Source: Octopus vulgaris (taxonomy: Eukaryota). From it: a DNA stretch of 64,000 nt. Both the position numbers and the translations under genes were made by a program. The notes below the pieces were generated by a model. The model was not told where the DNA came from. It did no database searches and saw nothing but the letters and a program-made list of their open reading frames with translations. Below are positions 38,108 through 53,974 of this stretch, in pieces (position 1 is the stretch's first letter; each line of letters begins with the position of its first letter). Location of the stretch: assembly GCA_951406725.2 (NCBI GenBank), contig OX597823.1, positions 16,616,001-16,680,000 on the forward strand. Direction: 5' to 3'.

Positions 38108-39968
38108 TAATCTTTTCTACTCTAGGCACAAGGATCGAAATTTTTAGGGAGAGGGCTAGTCGAATAGATCAACCCCAGTATGCAACTGGAACTTATTTAA
38201 TCGACCCTGAAAGGATGAAAGGCAAAGTCGACCTCGGCGAAATTTAAACTCAGAACGTAGCGGCAGACAAAATACCAATTTCTTTACTACCCACAAGGGG
38301 CTAAACACAGAGAGGACAGACAAATGGATTAAGTCGATTATATCAACCCCAGTGCATTACTGGAACTTATTTAATCGACCCTGAAAGGATGAAAGGCAAA
38401 GTCGACCTCGGCGAAATTTAAACTCAGAACGTAACGGCAGACAAAATACCAATTTCTTTACTACCCACAAGGGGCTAAACACAGAGAGGACAGACAAATG
38501 GATTAAGTTGATTATATTAACCCCAGTGCGTTACTAGAACTTATTTAATCACCCCAAAGGATGAAAGGCAAAGTCGACCTCGGCGGAATTTGAACTCAGA
38601 ACGTAACAGCAGACAAAATACCGCTAAGCATTTCGCCCAGTGCATGCTAACCAGTCTGCCAGTTCACCGCCTTGTTAATTACACCAATAATGATAATATT
38701 TTTAGAAATGAAGAAGATTTCAAACTCAAGAGAATAGCTGTGAAAACACCTTTTAAGAAAATCAGGTAAAATACCCAGACATAAAAAAAGTGGCCAGCAG
38801 CCTCTATAGAGAATAATCCTTTCTACTATAGGCTCATGGCCTGGAATAACCCAAGTATTTGACTGGTACTTGTTTCATCAATCTTCAAAAGGATGAAAGA
38901 CAATCAACCTCAGCAGAATTTGAACTCAGATCATGAAGACAAGGAATGTAGCTAAGCATTTTGTCTGATATCCAAACATTTCTGCTAGCTTGTCACCTAG
39001 ATGATGATGGGGGTGATGATGATGAACCTTTCCACTATAGGCACAAGGGCTGAAATTTGGGGGTAGGGTGGCAGATAGTTGCCTCGACCTCAGTGTTCAA
39101 CGGGTACTTATTTTATTGACCCTGAAAGAATAAAAGGTAAAGTAAAGCAACCTTGGCAGATTTTGAGTTCTTCATGATAATGATAATAATAATCCTCATG
39201 CCTGTGGCACGTAAAAAGCACCAACTGATCATGGCCGTTGTCATCCACCCCGGCACCTGTGCCGGTGGCATGTAAAAAGCACCCACTACACTCACAGAGT
39301 GGTTGGCGTTAAGAAGGGCATCCAGCTGTAGAAACACTGCCAGATCAGACTGGAGCCTGGTGCAGCCTCCTGGCTTCCCAGACCCCGGTCAAATCATCCA
39401 ACCCATGCTAGCATGGAAAACGGACGTTAAACGATGATGATGATGATGACTGTAGACACAAGGCCTGAAATTTTGGGAGAGGGGACTAGTCAATCATATT
39501 GATCCCAGTGTTCAACTGGTACTTATTTCATTGACCCCCCAAAAGGATGAAAGACAAAGCTGACCTTGGTGGAATTTGAACTCAGAACATAGCAATAAAT
39601 TAAATACTGCTAAGTATTTTGTCTGGTGCGCTAACAATTCTGCCAACTCGCCACCTTAATAATAATAATCTTTTCTACTTTAGGCACAAGGCCTAAAATT
39701 TTGGGGGAGGGAGCCAGTCGATTTGATTGACCCCTTTTTCTTTACTACCCACAAGGGGCTAAACACAGAGAGGACAAACAAGGACAGAGAAACGGATTAA
39801 GTCGATTACATCGACCCCAGTGCGTAACTGGTACTTAATTTATCGACCCCCGAAAGGATGAAAGGCAAAGTCGACTTTAGCGGAATTTGAACTCAGAACG
39901 TAGCGGCAGACGAAATACGGCTATGCATTTCGGCCGGCGTGCTAACGATTCTGCCAGCTCACTGCCTT
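38108..39968 (-). mobile_element. Cluster of tandem and nested SINE family B copies, plus one family C copy at 39197-39449 on plus
   Basis: Repeated aaggatgaaaggcaaagtcgacctcggcggaatttgaactcagaac blocks. Confidence 0.8.
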
Positions 39969-40560
39969 TTCACCCCAGTATGTAAATGGTACTTAATTTA
40001 TTGACTCCGATCTTGGGCCAAATACCCCTAACCACTGAGCCACACACTTTCACTCTCTTAACCATAGAAAAAAGAAGTGAAGCAATAGAGACAGAGAAAG
40101 GAAAGTCTCAGTCGTTTACAATGACAATTAGACTGATATACAATCGATCTTTTTTCACTTCTTTACCTTTAACAATGAAGAAAAGGGAAAGACATTTGGT
40201 AATGAATAGAGGGCAAGTCTTTCAGGTGCCTACGTTTTTGTTCTAGAATGATCAACTGTTAGTTCTCTCTTCTTTCCTCCACTCCCAGTACTTATTCACC
40301 TTCTTTCATAGTTCTTCATGTCTTTTAGTTGGGAGAAAATACCATGTTTTTATTATCAGACACATTTAATGTTTTCTCAACAAACTACAGACAAGCCCCC
40401 TCCCTTCCTTTTTTTTTTTTTTTTTATACAAAAACTAATGCAAATTTCAAACGTAGTATAGCTGTGAAAAGAGCCAGAAAATGGGTAATACCCCCTACAA
40501 AATGGGTTGGGGAGAAAAATTGCCAACAGGTGACTACATGAAGTTCAACTCTACTTTAAA

Positions 40561-40928
40561 GAGTGTCTTCTACTATAGTCTCAGGCCAACCAAAGCATCA
40601 TGAGTGAATTTAGTAGACGGAAATTGAAAGAAGCCCATCATATATATATACACACACAAGCAACACACACATATTTATACACATATTTATATATTATATT
40701 TGTATGTGTATGTTCGTGTCTGTGTTTGTCCCCACCAACACCACCACCATTGTTTGACAACTGATGTTGGTGTGTTTGCATCCCCGTAACTTAGCTGTTC
40801 AGTAGAAGAGACTGATAGATTAAGCACCTGGCTTACAGGAAATAAGTCCAGGAGTCGATTTCTTCAAGTAAAGAGCGGTGCTCCGGCATGGCCACCGTCA
40901 AATGACTGACACAAGTAAAGGAATAAAA
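40561..40928 (+). mobile_element. SINE family A, 5'-truncated
   Basis: Consensus match. Confidence 0.75.
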
Positions 40929-41443
40929 GCATACCAGAAGAACGTTCCATACCACTAAACCAAGTAGGTTCTCTGAATATGTACAATGTATTCTAAGGCT
41001 AAATAGTAATTCCATTTACGCAACTGAGATATTTTGTTTGGAATATACGGTTATTGGTTTTACATGTCTTTCTATATTCTACAACTGTCACAATATAGAA
41101 ACATTTCTCATGGCACCAACACACAATTTACAGATGCTTACATTTTTTTAGGTTTTCCTTGAATTTTTCATGGGTCCAGCAAGTAGTTGTAGTAGTAACA
41201 ATAGTAATAATGATAATAATAATAATAAATTTTTATTTTTACAAGATTAAAAAAAATATATTTCATTTAGTGTATACGAAGTTCATAAACCAGCGGCAAT
41301 GACATGTGGTAAACTTCATAAGTAGGGGGACACTTGAAAAAATTAGCTAAATTTTAGGTTCACTTTATTTCACAGTCGAGTTAAAATATTGTTTTAAATT
41401 AAATTTTAAAAAATACCAACGATAACAATGATTTCTTAAAATG

Positions 41444-42293
41444 CTATTTACTCTCCTTAATAGATTGTTCCAGTTGTGCAATGTCAGCATCCAAAGATGC
41501 TAAGCCATTTCGGAAGTTCAGTATATCTGCATTCAATGAAGAGTCTGTATTGATAGTGTACTGAGATAAATTTGAAATAGTATCCTCGTCATCTATATTA
41601 TGGTAATTATTAGCATTGTCATTCTTATGTTTCTCATCAGAATCACAACAAATTTCTTTGACTGGCGAAGAAGTTACTATGTTGTTTAGAGCAACAGAGA
41701 ATGGTTGAGCCCTTTCAGCTTCGTAATTGCTAATCGATTTGCTATCACCACCAACCAGACCATTCGATGCTTTTGCTCTGGGATATTTCTGAAAATAGTC
41801 GGTGATGCTGGCTCTTGAAACATTACTAATTTCCATTTTGTTCTGAGAGTCAAAGGAATGTTCTAATTTACTACTGAGACAGGAGACATTATCCCTATCA
41901 GGCTTGGACTGTTGGTCATTATCTTTCAAAGCACGAGAATCTTCAGTTTCCGTCTGATAATTGTAAAGTCGGTTCTGTTGATTGATTTGTTCTCTGGACT
42001 CAAACACAGGACAGTGTGGAAGTTCAAAACCATTTACGCTGTTATCTCCTGGCTGGTTGTGTTTAGGAGAGTTTGCCAAAGCATTTGCACTTCCAGCAGG
42101 ATCCATTACTGAGTTGCTGGTGCTGGTCATTGTTCTCAACAAGTCTTGCAGCCTCTGGTCAACTGACTGTTCAGAAGCAGATCTCTTTGGTGTAACATTA
42201 GATGAATTCTCTTTGCCAGTGTCAACATTCGAAGAAACTTTCTGTAATTCAGCTAACATCAGTCTTGAAGTAGAACGGGCACTTATCATAGAG
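41444..42293 (-). CDS. CCDC14: CCDC14-like gene, terminal coding exon
   Basis: Poly-T acceptor ...tttttattcag, phase 2 in, open frame of about 282 codons to TAG. The C-terminus FRNGLASLDADIAQLEQSI matches the recalled CCDC14 C-terminal motif FRNGLAALDANIARLQKSL. AATAAA motifs lie downstream near 41363 and 41232. Confidence 0.9.
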
Positions 42294-42368
42294 CTGAATA
42301 AAAAAAAAAACAGAATGGTAGTGAGTAGAAATTATTAACTCAATATAAATGGAACATTTTATAATACA

Positions 42369-43109
42369 CTAGCAGTATAGCCCGGCGTTGCCTGGGATTA
42401 AGTTAGGATTATCAAGCTAATTAAGCACTTTGTTTCAAACTAAAGTAAGTAACACCGACACAAAATTTGAGTGAAATCTGTTAATATTGGTAAACATTTG
42501 GCTGAAAATGGGCTGCAAACAATTTCATTGGGAAATCCCATAAGGAATCGATTTATCGGTTTTTCCACTCATTGATTTTTTGGGTGGGAGGGTCTGAAAA
42601 ATGGGATGGCTGAGGTGGAAGCCTCGGAAATTTGACCCACTCTCAACATTTTACAGAAATAAATTTTCCAGAGTGTGAATTACATGGTTCGTTTTTAAAT
42701 ATATATATTTCCGAACGAAAATAAGAGATTTGCAGCATATTAGAATATCAGGGTACTTGATTCCATGCAAAAAATCCGTGTTTTTTTTCCTTAGTGATAA
42801 TCGTGCGGGTGTTAATCTAAAATTTTACCCTTTGCTTTTTTTTCGCCATTGCTAGGCAAGGGACTTAACTCATGTTAACAAACTTACAGATTACACTGAT
42901 GTAAAAATTGGTAAAAGTTATGGTTGAAAATCGATTTTTACCGCTATCCACAGGTGCCTCGGGAAAAATAAGTTGACAAAAACACAGCGATGGTCGTGAC
43001 CAATGTCCTCCTAAAATTGGAGCGACATGCTTGCTAATTTGTGGACGTGCATAAATTACATTCACATACACACACACACACACATCCTGCCTTTTATAGA
43101 TACAGAAGA
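42369..43109 (-). mobile_element. Non-autonomous Helitron, third family, in the last CCDC14 intron
   Basis: Minus strand starts TCTTCTGTATCTATAAAAG and ends ggcaacgccgggctatactgCTAG|T. Confidence 0.75.
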
Positions 43110-43944
43110 TATGAACCACAAAATTAGTTTTGAATACATTTTAATACTACACAAACCTCTACAATAATCAAAAAGACAAATTTTTCAAAACTTTTCTTTT
43201 AAGCTGGCATCTAATTAGCATATTTTGGTGTTAATCTTAAAATATAACAACACTGATAGTGATTGCCTTTCAGATTAGAGACAAATGTAAGAAATGCTAA
43301 CCTAAAAAGTTTGTAATAAAACACTGGTTGAAACCACTGGTCAATAAACTCAAGACAGTAGCAACTAACTTTATTAAATTTCACAACAAAATCAAATTTA
43401 TCCTTTCTGATTAATAATACCAAGCTAACCTATAAAACTGACTTCTGTGAGCATAAATAAGCCAAAATAATGCTAAATAAGATTTTAAAGGGACAGAATA
43501 TTTTTCTTATTCAAACCAGACTTAAAATTACAAGTTACCGTAACTACAGTATATATTCCACTGTTTTAATGTCCACTTTTGTATGCTCACATGTGCTGGA
43601 TAGAATTTTGAGGAGGTGTAATTTCTACAGACAAATTCCCTTCCCGTCACCAAATCTCACATGTTTCCAGGGAAGGAAATATTTCCCCACAATCGGACAT
43701 GTTTTTTTAAGAAGACTGGGGAATGAAAGACACTGCTTGCATGACAAATATTTCTTTCAAATTATCACACAGTCAAGGCAAGGAGACAGTAATACCCACA
43801 ACTCATATATATGCACATTCACAAATGCACACACACACACACACACACACACAGAGTTTCCACTAATTATAAGCACAAGCTATTGGTCATGACAAGGCTA
43901 TAGCAGAAGACAGTTGTTCAAGATGCCACATAGGACTGAAACCA

Positions 43945-44290
43945 TGTGTAGTTTGTCCGTCGATGCGACAAAGACCATCTAGTCATCCTGGGGTGGGGGT
44001 GGGCTTGTTTTGTGAGTCCACAGATGGCTAGTGAGGCCAATCTGCACCTGAAAGAGTCTTTGACAGTGTGGACAGGGAATGGTAGTGCCTGCTACCGGGT
44101 TGTTAGCTCTGCTCTTCCTGGCTTGGCTGCGGTCTTCTGCAGCAGTGATCCTATTAGTCTCGCATGTGTTGGCACCCTTGTGGACAGCTGATTGCCACCC
44201 TTCTCTGTCTAGAGCAGACTGCTCCCAAGTGTCATGGTCGATGTTGAAGGCTTTCAGTGAAGCTTTCAGTGTGTCCTTAAAGGAAACCAT
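43945..44290 (-). mobile_element. RTE-type LINE 3' end with a C2H2 finger
   Basis: FKDTLKASLK..WEQSALDREGW..CPHCQRLF..IGLTSHLWTH. Confidence 0.85.
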
Positions 44291-44893
44291 GTAGTTATGA
44301 AGCAAACTTCTTGACCAGAGGCCTGTATTTACACTATGTAAACAGTACGTTGTCAGTTGAACACATTCAAACAGAGCTAATTATTATGCTACAGATCATG
44401 TTTCCTAACAGCAGCCATTGTAAGCCATACAAGCTTATATGTGCTTCCAGGTCCGACATTTCATAAATCATGCCAGTTATTCTAGATTAGTAACATTTAT
44501 CTACAGGAAAGTTCAGTGACCTGAAAAATGTATACAGGTGAGCCAGAAAAGTAGTTGAACAAAGACTGGCCAATGTGTACATGAGGAATGGCTGCACTGG
44601 TTGTAGATGTGTAATGTAAATGAACAACACTTGCTAGGAGAATGAGGAGGTGCAGTAAGCCTGAGAAAGATGAAGGATAATGTAGAAACAAGTGATGAAG
44701 TTTAGCTCTCATGGTGTTGGAGCTTTACAGATGAGATAATAGAGAATCAAGATGAGTAGTGGCGTGTCAAGCTGAAAATATATCCAATATGGACAAACAG
44801 CCAGTAAAACAATGAGGAATGAAATTCCTTTGAATACTAACATTAAAAATTTTTTTTTAAAATGAAGAATGAAATGGCATTAACATAACTCAC

Positions 44894-45022
44894 CTTGAAC
44901 ACTCAGGATCTGTTTCATGACAGAAAAGTTTAAAAAATCTTCCCAATGTATCTGTGCCAGAAGAGTTTCCACTTAAAGGGTCAATATTCTCCAATACATC
45001 TTTCATAGCTTTTCGGACAGAA
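44894..45022 (-). CDS. CCDC14: CCDC14-like gene, internal coding exon
   Basis: Acceptor atttcattccag, donor gtgagt, 129 nt, phase 2 in and out. Encodes SVRKAMKDVLENIDPLSGNSSGTDTLGRFFKLFCHETDPECS. Confidence 0.85.
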
Positions 45023-45166
45023 CTGGAATGAAATATGAATGAAAGATAAAATGATTGCAAACTAATATATTTAACAAAATCTCACTGACAAAACAGGTTT
45101 GTGAAGCAACTATTTGGCAAAAATTCTATTTGAATTCTATTGAGCAAATAGCTGATTCAACCTTAA

Positions 45167-45385
45167 CCCTTTAGTATTTAAACCGGCCATATCCGGCCAA
45201 AATAGCTAATCTGTTTTATGTTCAAACTGACCAGATCCAGGCTCTCACACCTACCCTACAACGTTATTCTACATTAAGTAATTACACCATCAAGATCTTG
45301 AAGATATGAGATAATGCATGATTAATTCAAATCAATGGGAATCAATAAGCATTATGTTTGATAGAATAATCTGAACACTAAAGGG
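45167..45385. mobile_element. piggyBac-like MITE
   Basis: TTAA|CCCTTTAGT ... ACTAAAGGG|TTAA; second copy at 49074-49294. Confidence 0.85.
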
Positions 45386-45597
45386 TTAAACACGGCTTTT
45401 GCTAAAATGGTAGCTTAATTCTATACTTAGATCATCTGTGTTGAGATAATTAAGGCAGCAAGCTTCCTCTAGGATAGTCTATCTGCCACAGTTCTTTCCT
45501 CACTGATCCAAATGGCCTTCACATATTTGAAGTCTTCCTAAAATATCCAACACCAGGTGTTCTTAGGTCAGGCCTTTTTCCATTTTCTTTGCCTTAC

Positions 45598-45885
45598 TAG
45601 CACTTGTGCTGGTAGCACGTAAAGAAATATTTGAGCGAGGTCATTGCCAGTGCCGCTGGACTGGCTCCTGTGCAGATAGCGCGTAAAAAAACACCATTTG
45701 AGCATGGCCGTTGCCAGTACCGCCTGACTGGCCCTTGTGCTGGTGGCATGTAAAAGCACCCACTACACTCCCAGAGTGGTTGCCATTAGGAAGGACATCC
45801 AGCCGTAGAAACTCTGCCAGATCACAACTGGGGCCTGGTGCAGCCATCTGGTTCACCAGTCCTCAGTCAAATCGTCCAACCATTT
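45598..45885 (+). mobile_element. SINE family C (ggttggcgttaggaagggcatccagc block, possibly Meta-domain type)
   Basis: Shared with copies at 39197, 50937, 53975, 57137 and 63370; carries internal tandem subrepeats. Confidence 0.7.
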
Positions 45886-45995
45886 CAGAACATCATGGTG
45901 CCATATCAGTCTTGCCTGGCATGTCACATTTTATGCCAGCCAGTCACTCAGCATGCAAAGACTGCAATGAATGACATGGATGTTCATCATCATAT

Positions 45996-46250
45996 GCGGG
46001 GATGTAAACACACCAGCATTGGTTGTCGAGCAATGTTGGGGGAATAAATACAGACACACAAACACACACATATATATACATCTATACGACAGGCTTCTTT
46101 CAGTTTCCGCCTACCAAATCCACTCACAAGGCTTTGGTCGGCCTGAGGCTATAGTAGAAGACACTTGCCCAAGGTGCTAATGCAGTGGGACTGAACCCGG
46201 AACCATGTGGTTTGTAAGCAAGCTACTTACCACAGAGCCACTCCTACACC
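45996..46250 (-). mobile_element. SINE family A, partial
   Basis: Consensus match. Confidence 0.8.
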
Positions 46251-46650
46251 TATAATATGTAATAAAAAAAAAAGTTGTATTAGTGAATGACAACTATTTT
46301 AGTTTTTATAGCAAATAAAAAGAACACTGGACAAATCTTGGTATTCTTCTGATAACCTGAGCAAAGCAGAGCCTGCATCATACTTGTCAAAGTACGGATC
46401 AAATAATCACTGCATACAAAATTGTATATTTGCATAGGAAAATAGAATTGTTAAGAGAATAAATATTTTTATTGCTGCCATCATACACACACTCCAGATA
46501 TGCCTCAAACCTTGTTGCTAATCTCTGGTTCAACCAGCATCAGTCAATACTCCTGGTATACTTTCAGACAGTGCAAACACACACACACACACACATTGCA
46601 CACAATCATATCAGACATTTTTTATTTTCACATTTTCCATTATGACTCAC

Positions 46651-46844
46651 TGTAGAACACCATGCAAGTTGGATATCTCTCTGTCTCTCTGTTCAACTGT
46701 GAGCTGCAAAATGTGATTCTTCTTCTCAGAAACGTCCAGATTATGAGCATTCTTTGCTAGTTGGTCTTTAACTTCCTGGATTGTTTTCGACAACATCTGA
46801 TTCTCTTCCCAGTTTTTTAGCCTCATGTTCAGTTGAGAATTATC
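46651..46844 (-). CDS. CCDC14: CCDC14-like gene, internal coding exon
   Basis: Acceptor ttcttcctcaacag, donor gtgagt, 194 nt, phase 0 in and phase 2 out. DVSEKKNHILQLTVEQRDREISNLHGVL parallels the recalled CCDC14 segment [26 protein letters not shown]. Confidence 0.88.
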
Positions 46845-49073
46845 CTGTTGAGGAAGAAAATATACAAAGTATAAGAGACATCCTTTGCTTTGGGCTTTAA
46901 CCACACCTGACACACCTTGACACACTTACAAAATTATTTAATATTTCAGGCAGGGTTTTACACAGGAGAATGGCATGCACAGCCTTGACCGAATATACCC
47001 CACTTTTCACTGAATGACCTCTTGCAAACAGACTACACCCAATGTGTATTTTTTTTATCTATATAAATATATTCAGTTGAATGCAAGAAAACTTTTTTGT
47101 TTGAAACTTTATTCAGAAACAATTATTACTACTATTATCTTTCATCCGGTTGGTGGTAGTGGTGGTGGGGTATCAATGAATTAAGGCAGTGAGCTGACAG
47201 AATTGTTAATTAGTACCTCAGGCAAAATGCTTAGTGACATTAGTTCAGGCTCTTAATGATCTCAGTTCACAGTCAAGACCAAATTGACCTTTTACCCTTT
47301 CAAGGTTGACGAAATAAACTACCAGTCAAGTACTGGAACCAATGCAACTGACTTGCAACCACCCCTCAAATTTCAGGCCTCGTGCCTATAGTAGAAAAGA
47401 TCATCACCATCATTATTATTATTATTATTACCTCTGCTTTAGTGAAGGCGGAGGGAGGTATTGTTTTCAGTTGTGTTTGTTTGTCCATGGACAAGATATC
47501 TTAAGAACCGCTGGATGGATTCAGATGAAACTTTCAGGGATGCTTGGTCTTGTGACTGGCACAAACTGAATAGATTTTGGGATCAATCCAGTAGCAGACA
47601 AGGATTCTGGATTATCTTACCTGTTTCTTTTACTTAATTTTTGAGAGCGGTCGGGTTCATTTTTAGTATTCTCGTTTGTGAGAGCAGTCGAGTTTATTTC
47701 AGATATCCTCATTTTAAAATTCATCTTTGGCTAATTGTTGAGAGGATGTTGGTGTTGCCTTGGCAGAGGTTTGCACTCTCTGAGTACTCTTGTTGTTGTT
47801 ATTATTATTCATGCCAAGCAAAATGCTTAACAGCACTGTCTTCACTTTCTGAGTTCAAATACCACCAAGGTGGATTTTGCCTTTCATCCTTTCTGGGTCA
47901 GTAAAATAAGTACCTGTCAAGCACTATCCCACTAGCCAGAAAATTGCTGGTTTTGTGCCTATAGTAGAACTGATTATTATTATTATTATTATTATTATAG
48001 GATAGAAAAGCTCCATATTTTCTGACAAAGGCATAGCTATTCATTTAAGTTTGCTTTGCAATTGCACTACACGTCATGTTGAGCAAGCATCTTTTACCAA
48101 GGCCTTGAATTAACCCATTCCTTGTGAGAGAAACTGAGTCAATAGGAACTATGTGGAAACCCACTGCATTGACTGTACCTGTAATTGAAAGGGTCAACCC
48201 AGTCACTAACTATATCATGTTGATCTGCTTGAGGAATACTTTAAGAGTACAAAGGTTTTTTGGAATACTCAGCTACTTATACTACAACTCAAACAACTGG
48301 AATACTCATTGATGAAATCAATGGAGATCTAAATCTTTATATTGCCAAGAAATAGAAAACATCATGTTGTGATATTCATGCTTCTTCTAAAAATCAACAG
48401 AGTAAATGAAACCAATTGGCTTCACCAAAAACCAAGCCAGCATTCTGTTCACTCGGAACTTAACACTTAATCTATGTTGTGTGCGTGCTTGCTTGTCACT
48501 AGAGGCAAACTTACAGGGAAGTCAGCAAAAATGTTAAAGTATGTTCAAATATAACAACCTAACAGGCAATTACTTAATTCTTCCTTGAATATTTACAGTG
48601 AGATCAAAATAAATACAAATAGTATTTAATCAATACCGTATGGCAGTCTGGAAAATTGTTCCTTAAAATGCCATCAAGTCTGAATTTAGCCTTGCCTGTT
48701 AATAACTATGTTAATTACTAAAGAAAATATCATTAGGGCAAAAATGGTGGAATATCAGACTAAATACCTTCTGGGATTAGCATACGTTCCTTTATGTTCT
48801 AAGTTCAAACCCTGTTGGCTATTAAGAGCTGGCTGGCTATTATGAGGCTATTGATTCATATTTTATTTATTCTAGAGTATTTGCAACAATATCAGGAATA
48901 AATAGAGACCAACAGTAGAGTCTTACTGTAAATGTTTGAGCAGCTAGAAAAAATGAAAAATATATTAAATAATGGATTCTTTGATGCACTAGATATGAAA
49001 AAAAAGATGAGATGGTCACAGTCTGAAAGCTTTTGGTCCAAGATCTGCTTGGTTAGGACTAACATCAGGTTAA

Positions 49074-49294
49074 CCCTTTAGTGTTTAAACCGGCCAAATC
49101 CAGCCCAATATATTCTACATGTTTTATATTCAAACTGGCGATATCTAGCCTCTCACTCCTAACCTACAATGCCATTCTGAAAATAAACAATCACATCATT
49201 GAAACCTCAAAGCTATAAGATAATGCATGATTAATTCAAAACAATTTGAGTGAAAAAGTATTACATTTAACAGAGTATTCTGAACACTAAAGGG
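49074..49294. mobile_element. piggyBac-like MITE
   Basis: TTAA TSD and TIRs as in 45167-45385. Confidence 0.85.
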
Positions 49295-49639
49295 TTAAAC
49301 AACAACAAATGCACCAACAATATGCAGACATTCAAATCTGGATAATAAACACACACAACAGATACTAGCATAAAAATAATGAATTGAAGCAACAAGAAAG
49401 CCTCTACATGGTTAATTCATCCACTAGAAATAGCAGCCAGATCTAACATTACACCCCCAACTCTAATAAAGAAAAAATACTTTGGATAACATAGTACAAA
49501 ATACATAGTGTCTGTAAAATGCCAAGACACTCGTGGCCACAATGTGTTCAATTATAGATCAGCTCAATCAAAGCCCTGAGGGACAGCACATTAAATTGTT
49601 CCTTAATTTGCTATAATATCTGAATTTAGTTTGTATCAC

Positions 49640-51722
<2,083 letters not shown>

Positions 51723-52319
51723 CTTACTATATAAATATATTTGCCTTTTACTTGTTTCAGTCACTACACTGTGGCCATGCTGGAGCACTGCCTTGAAAAA
51801 GTTTTAGTCAAATGAATTAACTCCAGCACTTATTTTCTCTTTTAAATCTAGTACTTATTCTATCAGTCACTTTTGCTGAACTGCTAAGTAACAGGGCCAT
51901 AAACAGACCAAAACCGGTTGTCAAGCAGTGGAGGAGTGGGGGAAAGTATAGTCACAAACACATAGAAATATATATATATAAAAGGTAAGCAGAGTTAGCA
52001 GTTGTAGTAACCATCTAAGGGATAATAGTATCCGTATTAACTATCGTTATCAATTACCTGTGTTATCCCTGGGCATGGGTATGCAGGCACTCTATGTGCA
52101 CAGGGTACAGGTAACAAAAGAATAAACAAAAGCTTATCAGGAATCAAATTTAAATAATCAGAAAATGGAGAAAACTTTTGGTCAACAAACGAACAAATTG
52201 AACCACATCAAAACCTGACATAACATTTATGGCTGTTTCTGCTTTCAATGTTAGTCAGGGCTTACAAAAGAAATTCCTTGTTTATTGACCAAAATTTTGT
52301 AGATAAATCATATACTTAA

Positions 52320-52371
<52 letters not shown>

Positions 52372-52379
52372 GTATATAT

Positions 52380-53143
52380 AAAGCAAATACTAAGTCATGG
52401 GCACAACTAAGTACCCCAAATACATCCAAAATAGAAATACTCCAGCCCATTTGAGGCGCGTGCGATTTGAACTGAGGTTCTCACAGAGTGAGTTAGTTTG
52501 GAAGTGAATGCTTAAATTTATATCAAATGTGAGGATAAAATTCTTTTCGTGAGTAGCGTGCGTATTGTGAAAAAATTATATGGTTAATGGACAATATGTC
52601 CAACTTTTCGGCATATTTGGCATAAGAAATTTTTTCCTTTGCCCTCATTTATGAATTGTTTATAAATTTTTTAATATGCTGGCCATTGATAAAATTTTTT
52701 TCAAGAAAATATTTTTTTTCGAAAAGAATTTTATCCTCACATTTGATATAAATTTAAGCGTTCACTTCCGGACTAACTAACTCACTCTGTGAGAGCCTCA
52801 GTTCAAATCGCACATGCCTCGAATGGGCTGGAGTATTCCTATTTTGGATGTATTTGGGGTACTTAGTTGTGCCCATGACTTAGTATTTGCTTTTTCCATG
52901 GGTATGAGTAAGTATCTCATTTATTTCTTTGGCCACATGTATCACTGACGAAGAGAGGGCTCTTAGTAGCTAACTCTGAAATCGGTCCGATATGGTAATA
53001 ATGGAATTTTTTAGAAATTTCTGTCGACCTTTTTTCTAGTAGCGTGCGTATTGTGAAAAAATTATATGGTTAATGGACAAAATGTCCAATTTTTCGGCAT
53101 ATTTGGCATTAGAAATTTTTTCCTTTGCCCTCATTTATGAATT
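52380..53143 (+). mobile_element. Penelope-like pLTR structure (inverted plus partial tandem repeat) with a hammerhead
   Basis: 52380-52549 is inverted relative to 52720-52893; about 52552-52657 is directly repeated at about 53038-53143; hammerhead core at 52945; (TA)n flanks. Confidence 0.7.
52940..52992 (+). ncRNA. Type I hammerhead ribozyme motif
   Basis: TATCA-CTGACGA-AGAG(18-nt loop)CTCT-GAAA-TCG-GTC-CGATA: intact CUGANGA and GAAA, GUC triplet, very short stem III as in Penelope-like element hammerheads, one mismatch in stem I. Confidence 0.6.
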
Positions 53144-53375
53144 ATATATATATATATAACTTATTAAACACAGTTCAACAAATTCATTCATATTTATGTA
53201 AACGTTATATATACATGTAAATCATAAACTTAATATTTCTATATCAGTTTTTATATCTACACTAATTTAAACTAGTAAATTCAAAAGTAATGTATGAAGA
53301 AACAACATTAGAAATCATTGGAAATTACGTCAATTAAAGGACGAATTCACATTCAACCTCAAAAAAATATATACA

Positions 53376-53780
53376 TGGCTGTGTGGTAAGTAGCTTGCTT
53401 ACCAACCACATGGTTCCAGGTTACGTCCCACTGAGTGGCACCTTGAGCAATTGTCTTCTACTATAGCCTCGGGCCGACCAAAGCCTTTTGAGTGGATTTG
53501 GTAGATGGAAACTGAAAGAAGCCCATTGTGTGTGTGTATATATATACATATATATATATATATATTTATGTGTGTGTGTGTGTGTGTGTGTTTATGCCCC
53601 CGCAACATCACTTGACAACCAATGCTGGTGTGTTTACATCCCCGTAATTTAGCAATTCAGTAAAAGAGACTGATAGAATAGGTACTAGGCTTACAAAAAA
53701 TATGTCCTGGGGCTAATTTGGTCAACTAAAGGTGTTGCTCCAGCATGGCCACAGTCAAATGACTGAAAAAAATAAAAGAA
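53376..53780 (+). mobile_element. SINE family A
   Basis: Consensus match. Confidence 0.8.
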
Positions 53781-53865
53781 TATAAGAAAGTAAAAGTATA
53801 ACATATAAACATATATATATTTTTCGTATCATCTTCTGGATGTTTTGCGTTCTTGTCCCATTTTG

Positions 53866-53916
<51 letters not shown>

Positions 53917-53974
53917 GACGTATATATTTTGCAAACGCAAAAAAATAGAACTCAAAATATGAGTATACATATCA

